From contig CALIKV010000027.1 in NCBI GenBank assembly GCA_938017505.1, forward strand, positions 4,521-68,520: a stretch of DNA of 64,000 nucleotides, read 5' to 3'. Positions 1 through 9,917 of the stretch are shown piece after piece (the first letter of the stretch is position 1; each line of letters begins with the position of its first letter). The notes beneath the pieces were generated by a model. It searched no databases. It worked only from the letters and a program-made list of their open reading frames with translations, and had not been told where the DNA came from. Source of the DNA: an uncultured Sulfolobales archaeon (GTDB lineage Archaea; Thermoproteota; Thermoprotei_A; Sulfolobales; NBVN01). The translations under genes were made by a program, and so were the position numbers.

Positions 1-93
1 GACTTATTCTACGTGGGCGGCGCCGGAGCGGTCGGGGGCTCAGCGATAGTGTCGTTCGTGGTGTACACATTAAGGGCTTTCCTGAGGATATAA
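1..93 (+). CDS. C-terminal fragment of a gene cut by the window edge (hydrophobic tail, unassigned)
   Basis: Frame 1 is open from base 1 to TAA 91-93: DLFYVGGAGAVGGSAIVSFVVYTLRAFLRI*. Too short for a family call. Confidence 0.3.
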   Translation, partial: DLFYVGGAGAVGGSAIVSFVVYTLRAFLRI

Positions 94-267
94 TCAGGTC
101 TTTTTGTACTTTAAGGGCTTAGAACAGAACTTGGAACATGTTTCGGAGGCGTTTTCTCTTTACTAGTTCACAGCAGCTCGTGCTTAGAAGACCTCTGGTA
201 TATACGGGGTTCCTGAAGGCTCGGTCGCGCCTCAACGCTTGCTGCAGCGCTTTCGGCGTTGCGGCGT

Positions 268-1032
268 TCAGCTGAACATCGTGTCGAGCCACAACATTGT
301 GAGAAAGCCTGTTAGGAACCCAACAGTTGAAAGACGCTCATGACCGTATCTATGGGTCTCCGGTATCACCTCATGGCTAACCACGTAAATCATCGAGCCC
401 CCAGCCAGCGAGAGCGTGAGAGCCAGTAGGGTGGTGGAGGAAGCCGCTACGAGAGCCACCGTCACCGACATCAGGGTTTCGCTTAAACCGCTCAGAACTG
501 CAACGAGTAGTGCCTTTCCTACACTCCTAGTCGCGGTCGCTATTGGAAAAGATACCGCGAATCCCTCTGGAGCGTCCTGAAGTCCTATGGCCAGGGCTGT
601 AAGCAGCCCCTCGCTGAGGCCGATTCCCGACGCGCTCCCTACGGCAAGCCCCTCAGGAATGTTATGTATCAGAATCGCGAGGACCAGGAGCCAGACACGC
701 TCTACCCTCGTTTTAGTCTCAGCAGGGCCCTCATACCCCTTCATGAGGTGCTCGTGCGGTATGTATTTATTGAGAACCACCACTAAAATGACCCCCGAGG
801 CGAAGCCCGCGAGGACCGTTGGGAACCCCCCTATCTTTGTCGCCGGAAGTAGGAGGCTTGTGAATGAGGCGACTGTCATGATTCCGGCGCTGAAACCCAG
901 TCCTAAGTCCAGATGCTTCTCCGACCCCCTCACACCTATGAGACCCACGACCCCGCCAATCGATGTGAGGAGCGCTGGGATCAGACCCAACACGAGAGCC
1001 CTCAAGACCACGTTCTCCAGCAGTGCATCCAT
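268..1032 (-). CDS. ZIP-family divalent metal (zinc) transporter, ZupT-like
   Basis: 254 aa, multi-TM. ZIP signatures HNIPEGLAVG, QDAPEGFAV and HEVIPE are in the translation. Confidence 0.85.
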   Translation of the reverse strand: MDALLENVVLRALVLGLIPALLTSIGGVVGLIGVRGSEKHLDLGLGFSAGIMTVASFTSLLLPATKIGGFPTVLAGFASGVILVVVLNKYIPHEHLMKGYEGPAETKTRVERVWLLVLAILIHNIPEGLAVGSASGIGLSEGLLTALAIGLQDAPEGFAVSFPIATATRSVGKALLVAVLSGLSETLMSVTVALVAASSTTLLALTLSLAGGSMIYVVSHEVIPETHRYGHERLSTVGFLTGFLTMLWLDTMFS

Positions 1033-1100
1033 CCCCGCTCACAACTAAATTCATCAATTCGACTAACCTTTAAATCGCTGCAGTAGGAAAAATTAATTGA

Positions 1101-1487
1101 TCATACCGGTGGCGGTCTTTGCTCTGTCGGGGGTTTCCAAGTGAGTCCGAGTATACCGCCAACTAGCCCCAGGACGAATCCTATGATGAGGCCTCCACCA
1201 ACGAGTAGGCTGAGCACTGAAGACACGATCACTATTATGGATCCTGTCTTCACTTTATTGGGTGTCCCAGAGTTAATCATCAACGCACCGACGAGCATTA
1301 ACACACCAAATACGAGCCCTATAACGCCGAATAACATTATCATAGCTGATAAGTTGCCAATGTACATCCTATCAGGTATGAGCCTAATGGCTATTCCCCC
1401 GAGGGCTACGACTATCAGCGACGTGGCAAGCACTAGTATGGCTCCTATGAGGGACAGTACAAACGCTGCAGAGGGTTTTTCATCCAC
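1101..1487 (-). CDS. small membrane protein (about 4 TM), unknown function
   Basis: 128 aa, four long hydrophobic segments and a Pro-rich C-terminus. The opposite-strand ORF 1141-1518 looks like a shadow ORF. Confidence 0.5.
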   Translation of the reverse strand: MDEKPSAAFVLSLIGAILVLATSLIVVALGGIAIRLIPDRMYIGNLSAMIMLFGVIGLVFGVLMLVGALMINSGTPNKVKTGSIIVIVSSVLSLLVGGGLIIGFVLGLVGGILGLTWKPPTEQRPPPV

Positions 1488-1544
1488 GGCTAATACCTCA
1501 AGATTATTATACTACTAGAGTTTAAAATAACACGGGGTTCATCC

Positions 1545-3323
1545 CTATGTGCTGAGTAATCGACTTACTTTCTCTTTGTAGTGCTTAAGGGCATCCCTGA
1601 CGTAGTCCTCACTCACCCTCCCAAAAGGAGAGGGGGTCTCAAAGACCCTCCTAGGCAGTTCAGAGTTGTCTAGACTGTATCCAAGCGCTATTTTAAGCTT
1701 TAATTTCTCCTTGTAGATATCTACGCCTAGTCTCTTTAACTCCTCCTCGCCGACCTTCATGCCTAGGGGCTCGAGGGCTTTGGAGACTGTGGCGGGTTTG
1801 TAGACCCCTCTCGCGAAGAAGCAGGTAACGAGGGATGAGAGAACCTGCCTCCACGACTCCTCCTCGACGAGCTCGTCCACTAGCGTCTGCGGTGGCGGGT
1901 ACTGCTTCCCGATATACTTCTGATCTACAGAGTACCCAGCGTTGTCTAGGTGGCTGTGTCTGAGCCCTATTAAGTAGCCTACGTGAGCACCAGGACCTGT
2001 GTGGTAGCCGGGCATTTCGTTCCCACCGTAAGTCAGTGCGAATTCAGCACCGCCGTACTTCACGGCGACCTCCCTAACCCCGAGGGCTAGGGTTCTGTAG
2101 AAGTTGTTCGGCTGGGTTATCAGGTACCTCACCATCTCTATGTACCTCCTCCAGTCACCCCACTCAGGCCTCACAATGGTTTCCTCTTCACCCACCAATC
2201 CTCTTTTAAAGGCTTCAGTGACCCACGCGAGCACTATTCCGGTGCTCATGGCGTCGAGACCCACCGTCTCAACTTCCTCGATGAGCCTTAATAGACCCTC
2301 TCTATCTCTTACGCCCAGCATTGAGCCGAGGGCGTATATAGGCTCGTAGTCATAGCTTATATATCTGGTGGTGAAGAAGTACTTCTCGTGTGGGTACCTC
2401 TCCCTTATTACTGCTATGTGGATGCAGGCTACGGGGCAGTGTGCACATGCAACCCTCCTGGCTAGCGAGTACTCAGCGAACGCCTCCCCGCTTATCTCTT
2501 CAGCCCCCTCGAAGAGGTTTGACGTGAGGTTCCTAGTCGGTAGTGCTCCTATCTTGTTGAGGGGGAGCACGTTAACGGAGGTTCCCAGGTCATGGTATTT
2601 CTGCATGATCGAACTCTTAGTTATCTCGTCGAACAACTCTTTGTAGACTTTTCTATATTTGGAAACGTCAGCCACGGGGACCGTCCGCTTGCCACCAATT
2701 ACAACCGCCTTAAGCTTCTTAGATCCCCACACCGCGCCCAGGCCCAACCTACCGAAGTGTCTGTAGGTCTCGAGGATCACTGAGGCGTACCTAACCATCG
2801 CCTCCCCGGCCCTGCCGATCCTCATTATGGACCTAAGACCAGGCCAGGGCTCCCTCTCCCTCAGGACCTTACCTACGGTGAGCGAGCTCCTGACACCCCA
2901 AAGAGCGCTGGCGTCCTTAAATTCAGCCATCCCATCATGGACTGAAAGGTACACAGGCGACTCGCTAGCCCCCTTAATCACCATAGCCCCGAACCCGGCC
3001 ATCCTTATAGCTATGGGAGCCCTCCCACCTGCGTGCGACTCGCCTAAATTGCCGGTTAGAGGAGATTTAAACATAGCAACTACTTTAGAGGCAGTAGGGT
3101 AAACTCCTGTGAACAGCCCTATCGCCATAACAACCACGTTGTCGGGACCGAGAGGATTCGCTTCTTGTCTCAACTCCTCCTTAAGTAGCTGTGTCGCCAC
3201 ACCAGTTCCGCCCAAGAAGTTGAGGAATAAATCAGACCTATCCTTAACCCAGTAGATCTTCCTCGTTAGATCTACGTAAAGTACCCTCCCTAGGGCCTCG
3301 TCAATTAAGGCAGGTTTCCCCAT
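1545..3323 (-). CDS. aldehyde:ferredoxin oxidoreductase family (tungstopterin) enzyme, copy 1
   Basis: 592 aa. AOR-type N-terminus (RVLYVDLT...FLGGTGVATQLL) and cluster-ligand motif CAHCPVAC. Its start codon overlaps the stop of the upstream ferredoxin gene (ATGA at 3323). Confidence 0.9.
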   Translation of the reverse strand: MGKPALIDEALGRVLYVDLTRKIYWVKDRSDLFLNFLGGTGVATQLLKEELRQEANPLGPDNVVVMAIGLFTGVYPTASKVVAMFKSPLTGNLGESHAGGRAPIAIRMAGFGAMVIKGASESPVYLSVHDGMAEFKDASALWGVRSSLTVGKVLREREPWPGLRSIMRIGRAGEAMVRYASVILETYRHFGRLGLGAVWGSKKLKAVVIGGKRTVPVADVSKYRKVYKELFDEITKSSIMQKYHDLGTSVNVLPLNKIGALPTRNLTSNLFEGAEEISGEAFAEYSLARRVACAHCPVACIHIAVIRERYPHEKYFFTTRYISYDYEPIYALGSMLGVRDREGLLRLIEEVETVGLDAMSTGIVLAWVTEAFKRGLVGEEETIVRPEWGDWRRYIEMVRYLITQPNNFYRTLALGVREVAVKYGGAEFALTYGGNEMPGYHTGPGAHVGYLIGLRHSHLDNAGYSVDQKYIGKQYPPPQTLVDELVEEESWRQVLSSLVTCFFARGVYKPATVSKALEPLGMKVGEEELKRLGVDIYKEKLKLKIALGYSLDNSELPRRVFETPSPFGRVSEDYVRDALKHYKEKVSRLLST

Positions 3324-3763
3324 TATGAATCAACCTCCTCGAGAGTTAGGACGCCGAAGGGACAGTAATCGACGCAATAGCCGCAGTGAGTACATATGAC
3401 CGGCTTATTCACGTATACATTCCACTGAACGGCGCCGAAGGGGCATGCCGCTTTGCAGTTGCCACAACCTATGCACAAGTTAGGGTTGAGTATAACCCCA
3501 CCACCCCTCCTCAACACGAGCGCTTTAGTGGGACACACCTTAGCGCATGACGGGTCTTTACACGCTCTACAGACTATGACAGAGAAACCCCTCTCAAAAC
3601 CTCCAACACTTCTCACGTAGATCGCGGTGTAACCCAAACCAGCATCTACGTATCTCCGTGAGCACGTGAACATACAGGTCATGCAACCAACACATAAATC
3701 AGGGTCGGTCACAACTAATCTCTTTAACTTAACCCACGACACTGCGGCTACATTCATCACCAT
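3323..3763 (-). CDS. 4Fe-4S polyferredoxin-type electron-transfer subunit paired with AOR copy 1
   Basis: 146 aa with four Cys-cluster motifs (CVGCMTCMFTC, CRACKDPSCAKVCP, CIGCGNCKAACP, CTHCGYCVDYCP). Translationally coupled to the AOR gene. Confidence 0.85.
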   Translation of the reverse strand: MVMNVAAVSWVKLKRLVVTDPDLCVGCMTCMFTCSRRYVDAGLGYTAIYVRSVGGFERGFSVIVCRACKDPSCAKVCPTKALVLRRGGGVILNPNLCIGCGNCKAACPFGAVQWNVYVNKPVICTHCGYCVDYCPFGVLTLEEVDS

Positions 3764-4038
3764 AACCTCAAGTAAGAATACGCTACAGCTTAATTTAAGT
3801 TCTCAGAAAGCAACACCTTGTTATGAGCAGAGGGGAGCACTTGCATCACGTGCTTGAGGCTACATAATTTTGTAAACACCTGCCTAGATTAGCTATATTT
3901 TCTTTCAGAGCGTTCGATACCTCATACTATGTTTTAAATAAAGCTATAACATATAAATTTTTATATTTTTACTTATAATCAAAATTAAATGCTTAAATGC
4001 TTATAAGCTTTTTACATAATATTATAACTGGTGGTGAG

Positions 4039-4308
4039 ATGTATAAGTACTACTTAGGTGACTGGGCGTCTATTAAACTGGCGAACATGCTTTCAGTATC
4101 TAGGAGGATGACTGCTCGTCTTACACGGATCGCCAGCGGGATATTAGCCCCTCTTGAGTTACTAGAGGGTCTAACTGATAAACTTCTCAAGAGGATTGAG
4201 CACAGACCTGAGAGAGAACAGAGGGAGTTAGTTGAGTTCATTTTCATAGCACACAAAGTATTTATAGGCATAGGGATGCTCTTCATATACTTTCTAACTT
4301 CAATTTAA
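4039..4308 (+). CDS. hypothetical small protein with C-terminal TM helix
   Basis: A GGTGGTGAG SD-like motif lies directly before ATG 4039; the track ORF starts earlier, at 3997, inside a very AT-rich spacer. No family recognised. Confidence 0.35.
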   Translation: MYKYYLGDWASIKLANMLSVSRRMTARLTRIASGILAPLELLEGLTDKLLKRIEHRPEREQRELVEFIFIAHKVFIGIGMLFIYFLTSI

Positions 4309-4351
4309 GGGCTTTTTGATTTTTAGTCTGAACAGACAGCTAGAGATAAGC

Positions 4352-4358
4352 TTTTAAA
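4352..4358 (+). promoter_or_regulatory. TATA-like box upstream of the threonine cluster
   Basis: TTTTAAA lies 46 nt before ATG 4404. This predicts a 5' end near 4382-4385 and a short leader carrying GGTGAT (4394-4399). Confidence 0.4.
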
Positions 4359-4403
4359 CCCAACCACTACTTACTTTGTCGTAATGCTCGTAAGGTGATG
4401 TAA

Positions 4404-5374
4404 ATGGAAACATACTAGCTGAAACCAAACATAGCGTAACGGTCAAAGCACCTGCATCAATAGCAAATCTAGGTCCAGGGTTTGACGTTCTGGCATTAGC
4501 TTTAGCAGGCATCCACGACTACATTAAGGTTTCATTCCTCCCTGACAAGAATAGAGCGGTTGTCGTGTCAAGAGGTTTCAACGTCCCCTCGGGTGAGGCT
4601 AACGCAGCTTCCGCGGTAGTAAGATGCTTCATGGAGGAGTTCGGATTCTCCAAGCACGGCATACTCGTCTATGTCACTAAGGGAATTCCTCCAGCTATGG
4701 GTCTCGGTAGTTCTGGCGCGACTTCGGCTGGAACGGCCTACGCGATCTCGAAACTCCTCGAACTCGAGTTAGGACCTGCAGATCTGCTGAGGTTGGCCAG
4801 CTGCGGTGAGAAACACGTGGCCGGCACCGCGCATTACGATAACATCGCTGCAAGCCTCTTCGGAGGTGTTGTGGTGATCGACGTGGTGAAGCTACAGGTA
4901 CACAGGTACGTACCTAGCAATAAGTTCTACATCACCATAATAGTTCCGAGACTCCCTAAGTTAACCGGTATCAAGAAGACCGAGTACGCTCGGCTCCTCT
5001 TACCTAAGAAAGTAGGTCTCACAACGCACGTCATGCAGACATCATCTCTCGCCAAGCTGCTCTACGCGCTCTTCACTAACGATCTAGAGCTTTTAGGCGA
5101 GGCTATATCCACGGATTTCATAGCAGAGCCCTATAGACTTAAGATGATACCGTACTACAGGGAGCTCAAGAAGCTTGCGTTAGATGAGGGTGCTCTAGGT
5201 TTCAACATATGTGGTGCCGGTCCTTCAGTCTTCTCCATCTATAAATCACGCGACGATGCGATGTCGGTCGGGCGTGATCTCCAGGGATTCCTAAGCAAGC
5301 ACGAGATCGAATCTCACTTGATCGTGACTCAGGTGTCTGAGAAGGGTGTTGAGCTCTCGGGTGGTGTTGGTTGA
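4404..5374 (+). CDS. thrB: homoserine kinase (GHMP kinase family); the N-terminus is out of frame with its only plausible ATG (see findings)
   Basis: VKAPASIANLGPGFDV (4442-4489) and GHMP motif PPAMGLGSSGATSAG. The frame is open from 4394, but the first canonical in-frame start is GTG 4565. Confidence 0.8.
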
Positions 5375-6411
5375 CGAGGAGGTTGAGGGTAGTTCTAACA
5401 GGTTTTGGTTCTGTCGGGAGGTCTCTAGTTAAAGTGATAGTCTCTAAAAGAGACCTCCTGGCTATGAAGTACCGCTTAAGAGTGGACGTCGTCGCCGTAG
5501 TTGATTCAAAGGGCACTGCTCTTAAGACGGAGGGTTTCAGTGATTACGAGTTAATGAAGCTGTGTGAACTGCCCAGGTCAGGTGTCAGGATGTTCGAGCC
5601 CTACGCACTCGATTACGTTGACATGAATCACGTCTACGACGAGACGCAGCCCGACGTCCACGCGGAGTTAACGCCCTCTAATTACGCGTCTGGAGAGCCC
5701 GGTTCAAGTAACGTGCTGAACGCTGTGAGGCAGGGAATACACGTCGTCCTAGCTAATAAAGCCCCCCTAGCACTAAGGTTCAGCGACGTGATGTCCTTGG
5801 CTCTAGTTAAGGGTGTTGCAGTTAAGTTCAGAGCCACTGTCATGGGCGGCACGCCACTCATTGACACCCTAACAAGTATGAGAAGCTATGAGATCGTGAG
5901 GGTTGAAGGCATTTTAAACGCGACCACTAACTTCGTGCTGACTAAAATGCATGAGGAGCTCACGGACTTTCGGGAGGCACTCGGGAGGGCGCAGGCCCTA
6001 GGCGTAGCCGAGGTCGATCCATCCCTGGACGTTGAGGGAGTTGACGCTGCTGCCAAGTTAGTTATCCTATCTAATGTTGTCGGGAGACCGGTGACCCTAG
6101 ACAAGGTCTACAGAGAAAGCATCTTAGATATGCCTATTAGTGAGGTCGTTAAGGCTCTGAACCACGGTAACGTTATCAAACACATCGCTCGACTGGACCT
6201 ACGTGATGGTCAGGCCTCAGTCAGGGTGGACGCGTTGCCTAAGACCGATCCCTTAGCGAGGGTAGGGGGGACTCTGAACGGGGTTAGGGTGAGGACTGAT
6301 GTGGGGGAGCTAATGCTGATTGGTAAGGGTGGTGGAGGCTTTGAGACGGCACACTCAGTACTTGATGACCTGCTCTCAATAGCTTTGAGAGGTGACGTTT
6401 CTGCAAGGTGA
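5371..6411 (+). CDS. hom: homoserine dehydrogenase
   Basis: 346 aa. Rossmann N-terminus VVLTGFGSVGRSL, catalytic-domain pattern GILNATTNFVL ... ALGVAEVDPSLDVEGVDAAAKLVILSN. 4-nt overlap with thrB. Confidence 0.9.
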   Translation: MTRRLRVVLTGFGSVGRSLVKVIVSKRDLLAMKYRLRVDVVAVVDSKGTALKTEGFSDYELMKLCELPRSGVRMFEPYALDYVDMNHVYDETQPDVHAELTPSNYASGEPGSSNVLNAVRQGIHVVLANKAPLALRFSDVMSLALVKGVAVKFRATVMGGTPLIDTLTSMRSYEIVRVEGILNATTNFVLTKMHEELTDFREALGRAQALGVAEVDPSLDVEGVDAAAKLVILSNVVGRPVTLDKVYRESILDMPISEVVKALNHGNVIKHIARLDLRDGQASVRVDALPKTDPLARVGGTLNGVRVRTDVGELMLIGKGGGGFETAHSVLDDLLSIALRGDVSAR

Positions 6412-7543
6412 AGAAGGGGATAGCGACGTCTTTGTGGTTAAGGTCGGTGGATCCCTGCTTAGGGATGCCGCATCATACGTGGAAGCTGCTGTTAGGATTA
6501 AGGACCTATTCGTTGAGAGGGCTACACCCCCATTCATAGTAGTCTCAGCTGTGAAGGGAGTTACTGACGCACTTACTCAGATCGCGAGAGGGTCTAGGGG
6601 GGCTCTAGATGACGTGATTGAAAGGCATCTGGGGATAGCTGAGGAATTAGGGAGCTCGAGGCTCTTCATGAGGGTGGCGTATGAGCTAGAGAGTCTGAAG
6701 AAGATTGCTTCGTTCACGAGGCATGCTGACCCGGCTGTAATGGACTTAATCTGGTCCTTTGGCGAGAGGTTAAGTAAAGTGATCATGTCGAGCGCGCTTG
6801 AGTTAGTCGGCGTAAGGGCTTTAGAGCTTGACGCCAGAAACGTGATTGTGACTGACGAGATACATAGCAACGCGACCATAGACTATGGATTGACATTAGT
6901 TAACTTGGAGAGAGTACGTAAGCGAACGAGGGATTGTAACGCGATACCGATCATCGAGGGATTCGTGGGCTTAACTACGAGTGGTGAGGTGAGCACTTTA
7001 GGTAGGGGAGGCTCTGACTACACGGCCACAACCATAGCTGCTCTACTTAGGGCTGAGACGGTATTCCTAGTCACAAATGTTGACGGTATTTTAAGTTCGG
7101 ATCCCGAACTTGTGCCTACGTCACGGTTAGTTAGGTTCATGAACTACGATGAGGCGTCTGAGGCGTCGCTACACGGGGTCAAGAACATCAACCCTAAAGC
7201 CTTTAGACCTTTGCAGGAGGTCTATGGCTCAAGGGTTTTAGTCGGTTCATGGAGGGTGTTTGGAACGGAGATCGAGAGCCGCGCGCGACGTTATGTGGAG
7301 GGTCCTAAAGTGGTTGGAGGCACCCCCAATAGTGATCCCTACGTAGTAGTGATCGGGGAGGGTGTTACGAGAGGGGAGTTCGTGAGGAAAGTCATGGAAG
7401 TGCTTAACGGCAACTCGTTAGATATTACGGGGCTTGAATCACGGTGTGGAAGACCATCCTTTAAAATCCATGTACGTAGGGAGGACTGGCCAGACGCCTT
7501 ATTAGCGATCCATCGGGGGTTCATCGAGGGTGAGTTAGGGTGA
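6392..7543 (+). CDS. aspartate kinase (short, single ACT-like C-terminal domain)
   Basis: Amino-acid-kinase N-terminus VVKVGGSLL and the GRGGSDYTATT motif. The start is uncertain (GTG 6392 or GTG 6434). Overlaps hom by 20 nt. Confidence 0.85.
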   Translation: MTFLQGEEGDSDVFVVKVGGSLLRDAASYVEAAVRIKDLFVERATPPFIVVSAVKGVTDALTQIARGSRGALDDVIERHLGIAEELGSSRLFMRVAYELESLKKIASFTRHADPAVMDLIWSFGERLSKVIMSSALELVGVRALELDARNVIVTDEIHSNATIDYGLTLVNLERVRKRTRDCNAIPIIEGFVGLTTSGEVSTLGRGGSDYTATTIAALLRAETVFLVTNVDGILSSDPELVPTSRLVRFMNYDEASEASLHGVKNINPKAFRPLQEVYGSRVLVGSWRVFGTEIESRARRYVEGPKVVGGTPNSDPYVVVIGEGVTRGEFVRKVMEVLNGNSLDITGLESRCGRPSFKIHVRREDWPDALLAIHRGFIEGELG

Positions 7544-8604
7544 GGAAGCGGGTTGCGGTATTAGGCGCTACTGGATTAGTGGGGCAGAGGTTCGTGGCGT
7601 TGCTGGCAAATCACCCGTGGTTTGAACTCATCGCTCTGACAGCCTCTGAGGGCAGTGTGGGTAAGCGTTACGTGGATGTAGTTAGGTGGTTTGTGGAGAA
7701 GCCAATCCTTGAAGAGCTGCGTGACGTAACCTTAGCCGCGTTAAACGCCGATGCGTTAGTTAAAGATGGTGTGGAGATTGCGTTCTCAGCGTTGCCTACT
7801 GAAGTCGCTAGGGGGGTTGAGGTTGAGCTGGCTAAGAAGGGCGTTGTGGTCGTATCAAACGCCAGTTCCATGAGGCTTGAGCCTGACATTCCACTGGTGA
7901 ATCCTGAGGTGAACGCTGACCACTTAGGAGTGATAGAGCAGCAACGCAGGATTAGGGGTTGGGACGGAGCGCTTATCAAAATACCTAACTGCACGACAGC
8001 GATACTAACTCTGTCTTTGAAACCCCTCATCGACGAGTTCGGGGTTAACGTTGTTATAGCGTCAAGCATGCAGGCGGTCTCCGGTGCCGGGCTCTCAGGA
8101 CTTCCGTCAATGCTCATAATCGACAACCTCATACCGTACATAGAGGGTGAGGAGGAAAAGATCGAAAGCGAGTCAAGGAAGATCCTGGGTTCGCTAGGCC
8201 ATCGCTCGATAGAGCTTAATGACCACATAAGTATCTCGACCAGCTGCCATAGAGTCATGGTGCTAGAAGGGCATACGATAGCGGTCTTCACGGGGCTAAG
8301 GAGAGACGCCTCGCTGGAGGAAGTGTTAAGGGCTATGAGCGAGTTCAGAACCAACAAGATCAAGGACTTGAAACTCCCCACAGCTCCTGAGAGACCCATA
8401 GTAATTAGGAACGAGCCAGACAGACCGCAACCAAGGCTAGATAGACTTGAAGGAGGCGGGATGAGCGTCGTCGTAGGTAGGGTGAGAGGCGATGCTGCAT
8501 TGCGAGGCGTGAAGTACGAGGTTTTAGGGCATAATACGGTGAGGGGTGCGGCCGGGACAGGGGTCCTGATAGCTGAGGTCTTGAAGGAGAGGAACTTAAT
8601 TTGA
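7540..8604 (+). CDS. asd: aspartate-semialdehyde dehydrogenase
   Basis: VAVLGATGLVGQRF NAD-binding N-terminus, active-site Cys context KIPNCTT. 4-nt overlap with the aspartate kinase gene. Confidence 0.9.
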   Translation: MRKRVAVLGATGLVGQRFVALLANHPWFELIALTASEGSVGKRYVDVVRWFVEKPILEELRDVTLAALNADALVKDGVEIAFSALPTEVARGVEVELAKKGVVVVSNASSMRLEPDIPLVNPEVNADHLGVIEQQRRIRGWDGALIKIPNCTTAILTLSLKPLIDEFGVNVVIASSMQAVSGAGLSGLPSMLIIDNLIPYIEGEEEKIESESRKILGSLGHRSIELNDHISISTSCHRVMVLEGHTIAVFTGLRRDASLEEVLRAMSEFRTNKIKDLKLPTAPERPIVIRNEPDRPQPRLDRLEGGGMSVVVGRVRGDAALRGVKYEVLGHNTVRGAAGTGVLIAEVLKERNLI

Positions 8605-8698
8605 ACAATCACAGAAGTCGCGCGTTAATAACGTTTTTAGCTCGCTACGGCTTCATACGTGTGGTGTGGGTTAGGATGAATGTAAGGCTGGTGGGAGC

Positions 8699-9880
8699 GT
8701 GAAGCTCTTTAAGGCCGACGTTGCGTTGAGGTGTGTTAAATGTAGGTCAACGTACGACGCGGATCCATGGCTCTTCACATGTCCTCGTTGCGGGGGTCTA
8801 TTGGAGGTTGTGATGCCTGAAGAGACTAGCCTCCGTTGGCCTTTGGGTGGATGTGGGAGACGTTACGTGTGGAGTTATCGAGAGCTACTGCCGTTATCTA
8901 ACGACGTAGAACCGGTCTCGCTCGGCGAGGGCGGCACGCCTTTAGTGCCGCTAAACAGAATCACACAAGCCCTTAAGACGCGTAGTAACGCCTACATGAA
9001 GCTCGAGGGTGCGAACCCTACCGGGAGTTTCAAGGATAGAGGCATGACTGTGGGCGTCACCATAGCTAGGCACACGGGAGTTAGTGGAGTGGTAGTAGCC
9101 AGTACAGGTAACACCGCTGCGTCAGCCGCCGCCTACTCAGCGAGGGCTGGCTTAAAGTGCGTTGTGTTGCTACCTAAAGGTGGTGTGGCTAAGGGTAAGA
9201 TATCTCAGGCGTTACTTCACGGTGCCGAGGTGGTTGAGGTTGACGGCATGTTCGACGACGCCTTAGACAGGGTCTTCACCGACGTCGTGTTGAGTGGTAG
9301 GAGGACGCTGTACCCTCTGAACTCCTATAACCCGTGGCGTCTGGAAGGCCAGAAAACCATAGCGTTCGAGGTCGTTGAGGAGCTTGGTCGGGTTCCCGAC
9401 TTCCTCATAGTTCCAGTAGGCAACGCCGGCAACATATCGGCCATATGGAAGGGCTTCAAGGAACTACGGAGTTACGGGCTAATAGATCGAACCCCTAGGA
9501 TGATAGGGGTTCAGTCGGAGGGTGCCGCCCCGTTAGTGATGACATGGGTTAAACGATGTGAAAGCCTGCAAGTTGTTGAGAGCCCGCAGACGATCGCAAC
9601 AGCGATAAGGATAGGCAGGCCTATCAACTGGTCGAAAGCGCTTAAAGCCGTTAGAGAATCCGGTGGCACGCTGATCTCGGTGAGCGATGACGAGTTATTA
9701 GGGACCATGAAGACCTTAGCTAGGGTTGAGGGGGTAGGCGTGGAGCCGGCTGGAGCAGTTACCCTGGCAGCCTATATCAAGGCAATTGAGGAGGGCCTCA
9801 TAAGTGAGGGCGACGTTATATTGGTGGGAACCGGTCACGCGTTAAAGGATCCCGATGTAATAATTAAACACTTTACATGA
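8699..9880 (+). CDS. thrC: threonine synthase with N-terminal zinc ribbon
   Basis: CVKC...CPRC ribbon, PLP-lysine motif GSFKDRG, STGNTAAS glycine-rich loop. Confidence 0.9.
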   Translation: MKLFKADVALRCVKCRSTYDADPWLFTCPRCGGLLEVVMPEETSLRWPLGGCGRRYVWSYRELLPLSNDVEPVSLGEGGTPLVPLNRITQALKTRSNAYMKLEGANPTGSFKDRGMTVGVTIARHTGVSGVVVASTGNTAASAAAYSARAGLKCVVLLPKGGVAKGKISQALLHGAEVVEVDGMFDDALDRVFTDVVLSGRRTLYPLNSYNPWRLEGQKTIAFEVVEELGRVPDFLIVPVGNAGNISAIWKGFKELRSYGLIDRTPRMIGVQSEGAAPLVMTWVKRCESLQVVESPQTIATAIRIGRPINWSKALKAVRESGGTLISVSDDELLGTMKTLARVEGVGVEPAGAVTLAAYIKAIEEGLISEGDVILVGTGHALKDPDVIIKHFT

Positions 9881-9917
9881 CCACATTATTTCTAAACCTG
9901 TATTATAATGGGGGTTA

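Noticed and set aside
3860-4035. Very AT-rich divergent spacer with the tandem 8-mer AAATGCTT x2 (3987-4002), considered as a replication origin
   Set aside because: I could not recognise origin-recognition-box-like repeats. No orc1/cdc6 gene is adjacent. It is more simply a divergent promoter region.
7668-8612. 314-aa minus-strand ORF covering the whole asd gene
   Set aside because: It is exactly antisense to a gene with clear Asd motifs. Its translation is Ser/Thr/Leu/Pro-rich low complexity with no motif. It is a typical shadow ORF.
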